Assembly (NCBI GenBank): GCA_039818205.1
Contig: JBCBUK010000009.1
Coordinates: 32,001 to 96,000, forward strand
Reading direction: 5' to 3'
DNA from: Verrucomicrobiota bacterium
GTDB lineage: Bacteria; Verrucomicrobiota; Verrucomicrobiia; Opitutales; Cerasicoccaceae
DNA: 64,000 bases
The first letter of the stretch is position 1, and each line of letters starts with the position of its first letter. Made by a program: the position numbers and the translations under genes. Below, one piece after another: positions 60,576 to 64,000 of the stretch. Below the pieces are notes generated by a model, which was given only the letters and a program-made list of their open reading frames with translations, searched no databases and was not told the origin of the DNA.

Positions 60576-61556
60576 CTACGACCGAAAATGCTCAAAGGCG
60601 GCTACGTCGATGGGTTGATTGGTGGCTTGGTCGATTAGGAGCCCATTGGTGTCGTCGGTGGCTTCCCCGATTCGGCCGATGACCGTGATAGGTGTATCGT
60701 GGGAGCGGCGCCATTCGACGAGCATAAGCTCGGGGTCAATCTCCTGGTCGAGGATCATGAGCAGCTCGTAATCCTCTCCATCGCAAAGTGCGTGCTCTAA
60801 AGGACTGCGTCCGCTGGACTGTGCTTTTTCCTTCGCAGCCTCGCTAACCGGAATGATGCCGATGTCGAGCTGGCCGCAGGTGCCATCCGGGAGCAGGGGA
60901 GGCAGGTCTTTGGCCAGGCCGTCGGTGACGTCGATCATTGCTTTGATCACGTTTTGCTCGGCGAGCCACATGCCTTCGTTTACACGCGGAATGAAGGTCT
61001 TTTCTTTGCCGTGACGACTACCACCGAGATCGCCCGTTACCAGGATGTAATCGCCCGCTGATTGTCCACCGAAGCGGCGGACAGCTCGGGTTGCGCTTCC
61101 CAAAAGGGTGAGGTGCGAAGCAAAAAAGTTTTTGCTACCACCGCGGGTCACATCGCCGCCCACGATGAGCAAACCCCATTGCAGCGCGCAATCTCGCAGG
61201 CCCGTGTAAAAGGCTTCCATCCAATTGATGCTAACGTCGTCGGACAGCGTGAGGGCGATCACGGCACCGGCTGGTGCGCCACCCATGGCGGCAATGTCGC
61301 TCAAGTTGCGTTTGATCAGTTTGGCACCGGCTTCTTCGGCGGTGAAGGTGTCATCAAAATGCTCATTCCAGACGAGGGCATCAACCGTGGTGAGGATTGT
61401 GCCCACGTCACCCGAATCCATCACTGCGCAATCATCACCGATACCGAAGGGTGGTGGAGGCGAAATCGCTTCCATCCACGAAGTGATTTTTTTTATCAGC
61501 GCGACCTCGCCAATGGAGGCGACTTGATCGGCTTCTTGCTCAGTGAAGGGTGTCAT
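60576..61556 (-). CDS. thiL: Thiamine-monophosphate kinase
   Basis: GEVALI, GIGDDCAV, NLSDIAAMGG, VGGDV, IDVTDGL, DGEDYEL, FEHF. Confidence 0.93.
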   Translation of the reverse strand: MTPFTEQEADQVASIGEVALIKKITSWMEAISPPPPFGIGDDCAVMDSGDVGTILTTVDALVWNEHFDDTFTAEEAGAKLIKRNLSDIAAMGGAPAGAVIALTLSDDVSINWMEAFYTGLRDCALQWGLLIVGGDVTRGGSKNFFASHLTLLGSATRAVRRFGGQSAGDYILVTGDLGGSRHGKEKTFIPRVNEGMWLAEQNVIKAMIDVTDGLAKDLPPLLPDGTCGQLDIGIIPVSEAAKEKAQSSGRSPLEHALCDGEDYELLMILDQEIDPELMLVEWRRSHDTPITVIGRIGEATDDTNGLLIDQATNQPIDVAAFEHFRS

Positions 61557-62414
61557 CTACAAACTCTCGGGCATTTCCGGCATCATAATGATCAGAAAAA
61601 TTGAATTAGCATTATAGAAGCCATGAAAGAAGATCGGCACCAGAATATTCTGCTCACTTTCATAGCTTTTCGCGAGCAAGACTCCGAGTACGAATAGCGG
61701 CACAACGCTCAGGAGATTAAGGTGGAGAAAGGCGAACATGGCTGCACTTACCAGAACAGCACCATTTTGTGCCATTTTACCCTTGAGAAAGCGGTAAATA
61801 ATCCCCCTAAAAAGAATTTCTTCGCTCAGCGGAGCCAGGACCACGGCTGCGATAACCAGCGCGATCATTGCGCCGATCGAATCCATGCTGGCAAACTCGT
61901 CAACAATGCTCTGGCGCTCGATCGAGACGGGGAAGCCAAGTTCGTTTAGAAACGTAAGAAACGGAATCCATATAATGGTGGCAGCGAAAACAATCGGTAC
62001 TGAAGCCAGAAACCAGTACAGGCCAATCAGCATTGAACGAGGAACCGCCGAACGTGCCGGGCTAAGACTGAAGTTCATAAAGTGGAACTTCGGATGAAAT
62101 CCCGCCACCGCTCCCACCAATAAAATGCATTGGAATGTGAGGGCAATTAGGGGCGTTTCCCAAACCTGGAGTTCGGTGTCTTCCCACTCCATGGTGATAC
62201 TGGCGACCGTTCCAACAGCTAGAATGGAGATGACATATACCATCACCAAAAATACCAGAAACTCAGTCCAGCCAGCATTCCAAGCGGGCATGTCAGGTTT
62301 GGGAATCGAGGTCTTCCGCTGATAAGCCATGCGGACCAGGATACCGATTCCGACCAAGGAAAGCGCGAGCCAATACATGACGACGAGCGCGGTGGTGGTG
62401 TCTACGCCTTCCAT
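61557..62414 (-). CDS. CPBP (CAAX/Abi) intramembrane metalloprotease
   Basis: APLSEEILFRG, FAFLH, HGFYN. Confidence 0.9.
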   Translation of the reverse strand: MEGVDTTTALVVMYWLALSLVGIGILVRMAYQRKTSIPKPDMPAWNAGWTEFLVFLVMVYVISILAVGTVASITMEWEDTELQVWETPLIALTFQCILLVGAVAGFHPKFHFMNFSLSPARSAVPRSMLIGLYWFLASVPIVFAATIIWIPFLTFLNELGFPVSIERQSIVDEFASMDSIGAMIALVIAAVVLAPLSEEILFRGIIYRFLKGKMAQNGAVLVSAAMFAFLHLNLLSVVPLFVLGVLLAKSYESEQNILVPIFFHGFYNANSIFLIIMMPEMPESL

Positions 62415-62435
62415 GAAACGATTACTTTCGTGGCC

Positions 62436-63722
62436 TTATCCCGCGAACGGATAGGCGGTGCGTCCCTCGTAATAAGTTGCGCGCACGTTACCGCGAAGGG
62501 TCAAGCCGAGCCAAGGTGAATTATGTGACAAACTGGCCAGGCTTTCTTCGGTCACTTTCCAGTTCTCTTCCGGGTCGAATACGGTGATATCCGCCGATGC
62601 TCCTGGGCTAAGCGTGCCGCGATCAAGTTCCAGCACCTTGGCGGCGCGGTGAGTCATGCAGTCAATGAGTGTCGTCAGGCTAATTAATCTCGAGCGTACG
62701 AGAGTGTCGAGGCAGACAGGTAACGCAGTTTCGAGACCATTCATTCCAAACGGTGCATAGTCGAACTCCTTGTCTTTCTCGATTACCGTGTGGGGTGCAT
62801 GAGCCGTTGCAATGCAGTCGATCGTGCCGTCGATGAGGCCTTCGATCAAAGCCTGTCGGTCTTCTTCGGTGCGCAGTGGGGGCACAACCTTGAAGTGCGT
62901 ATTATAGTCTTTGAGTGCGGCCTCAGTCAGCGAGAGGTGATGCGGTGTCGCTTCCGCCGTTATCTTTACGCCGCGCTGTTTGGCGCGACGAATCGTGTCC
63001 ACGGCATATCCCGAGCTAATGTGCTGAAGGTGGATGCGAGCGCCATAGTGGGCAGAGAGGATGACGTTCCGCGCAACCATAATGTCTTCTGCAGCGCGGG
63101 GCATCCCGCGCAAACCAAGGCGCAGGGACCAGATACCTTCGTTCATGACGCAGTCTTCCGTCTGGGTCACATCTTCGCAGTGGTCCATTACCACCAAGCC
63201 GAACATCGAGGCATATTCTGCGCCGCGCCGCATCAGCTCGTGGTTTTGAACGCAGTGCCCGCCGTCGGAAATCGCGATCGCACCAGCCTCTTTCAGCGAT
63301 CCGATCGGTGCCAGCTTTTCGCCCTCGCGATTGAGGGTAAGGCAACCCGTTGGGAGGACATTGACGATTGCGTCGCGGTCTATCAGGTCGTGAATCTGGC
63401 GGATGGCACCCACGGAGTCCGCTGGCGGCTTGGTATTGGACATCGCGACGACCGTGGTAAAACCACCTTTGGCGGCAGCACGGCTGCCCGAGGCAATCGT
63501 TTCCTTGTGGCGGTCGCCCGGTTCTCGCAAGTGGCAGTGTAAATCAATGAAGCCGGGACAAACGACCATACCGTTGGCATCGAAAACCTTGGCATTTTTC
63601 TTTTGCTCGGCGCTGAGCGATTCAACGATTTTGCCGTCCACTGCGTAAACGTCTCCCACGTCATCCCGCTGGTTGGCGGGATCAACGACGCGTCCATTCG
63701 TTATCCAAAGTGTGTGACTCAT
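62436..63722 (-). CDS. pyrC: Dihydroorotase-family protein, probably inactive PyrC'
   Basis: [25 protein letters not shown]; catalytic motif reads IATAHAPH instead of IATDHAPH. Confidence 0.85.
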   Translation of the reverse strand: MSHTLWITNGRVVDPANQRDDVGDVYAVDGKIVESLSAEQKKNAKVFDANGMVVCPGFIDLHCHLREPGDRHKETIASGSRAAAKGGFTTVVAMSNTKPPADSVGAIRQIHDLIDRDAIVNVLPTGCLTLNREGEKLAPIGSLKEAGAIAISDGGHCVQNHELMRRGAEYASMFGLVVMDHCEDVTQTEDCVMNEGIWSLRLGLRGMPRAAEDIMVARNVILSAHYGARIHLQHISSGYAVDTIRRAKQRGVKITAEATPHHLSLTEAALKDYNTHFKVVPPLRTEEDRQALIEGLIDGTIDCIATAHAPHTVIEKDKEFDYAPFGMNGLETALPVCLDTLVRSRLISLTTLIDCMTHRAAKVLELDRGTLSPGASADITVFDPEENWKVTEESLASLSHNSPWLGLTLRGNVRATYYEGRTAYPFAG

Positions 63723-64000
63723 GCGGATCGAGATTTCGCGTTATATTGTGCGCAGAGGTAAAGCACGCCCATGCGAACTGCAATACCGTTGGTGACTTGT
63801 TCAAGGATGACTGAGCGCTCGGAATCAGCCAGGGCGGAGTCGATTTCTACCCCGCGATTAATGGGTCCCGGGTGCATGATGATGGCTTCGGGCTTTAACC
63901 AGCCCGCCCGCTTTTCGTTGAGGCCGAACATGCTGGTGTACTCGCCCAGCGATGGAAAGTGTGTCGACGACTGACGCTCGTGCTGGATTCTGAGCAGCAT
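63719..64000 (-). CDS. pyrB: Aspartate carbamoyltransferase, 3' part
   Basis: [29 protein letters not shown]. Confidence 0.95.
   Translation of the reverse strand: MLLRIQHERQSSTHFPSLGEYTSMFGLNEKRAGWLKPEAIIMHPGPINRGVEIDSALADSERSVILEQVTNGIAVRMGVLYLCAQYNAKSRSA

Overview
Gene-dense bacterial chromosome segment of moderate-high GC (mid-50s by eye). Gene content (SHD1-domain secreted protein, Opitutae-style pilin cassettes, housekeeping orthologs) suggests Verrucomicrobiota, probably Opitutales; this is inference, not a database result. Housekeeping genes include rlmN, sufE, hpt, mrdA, nadB, dciA, prmC, rpmI-rplT-pheS...pheT, an lptF/G-family gene, leuA, thiL and pyrB-pyrC. Accessory blocks: (1) a ~12 kb nitrate-assimilation operon behind a sigma54-type promoter, with nrtABCD-type ABC genes, a fused DmsB-DmsC Fe-S/membrane anchor, a cytoplasmic Mo nitrate reductase, NirA and a CysJ-like diflavin reductase; (2) LPS glycosyltransferases; (3) an ECF sigma and its probable anti-sigma 10 kb apart, with a shared ECF-type promoter motif at the anti-sigma and a thioredoxin; (4) two tandem PilV/PilW/PilX-like cassettes in which the beta-solenoid part of PilX appears split off as a separately secreted protein in both copies, divergent from a NarL-type two-component system (best candidate for an undescribed system); (5) an OlsF-like/GDPD pair and a PiT-like transporter. 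Also seen: a Leu-rich leader peptide before leuA, a probable non-canonical start for the lptF/G gene, a probably inactive PyrC', and a 48-aa membrane protein missed by the ORF track. No rRNA, tRNA, CRISPR array, IS or prophage was recognised.
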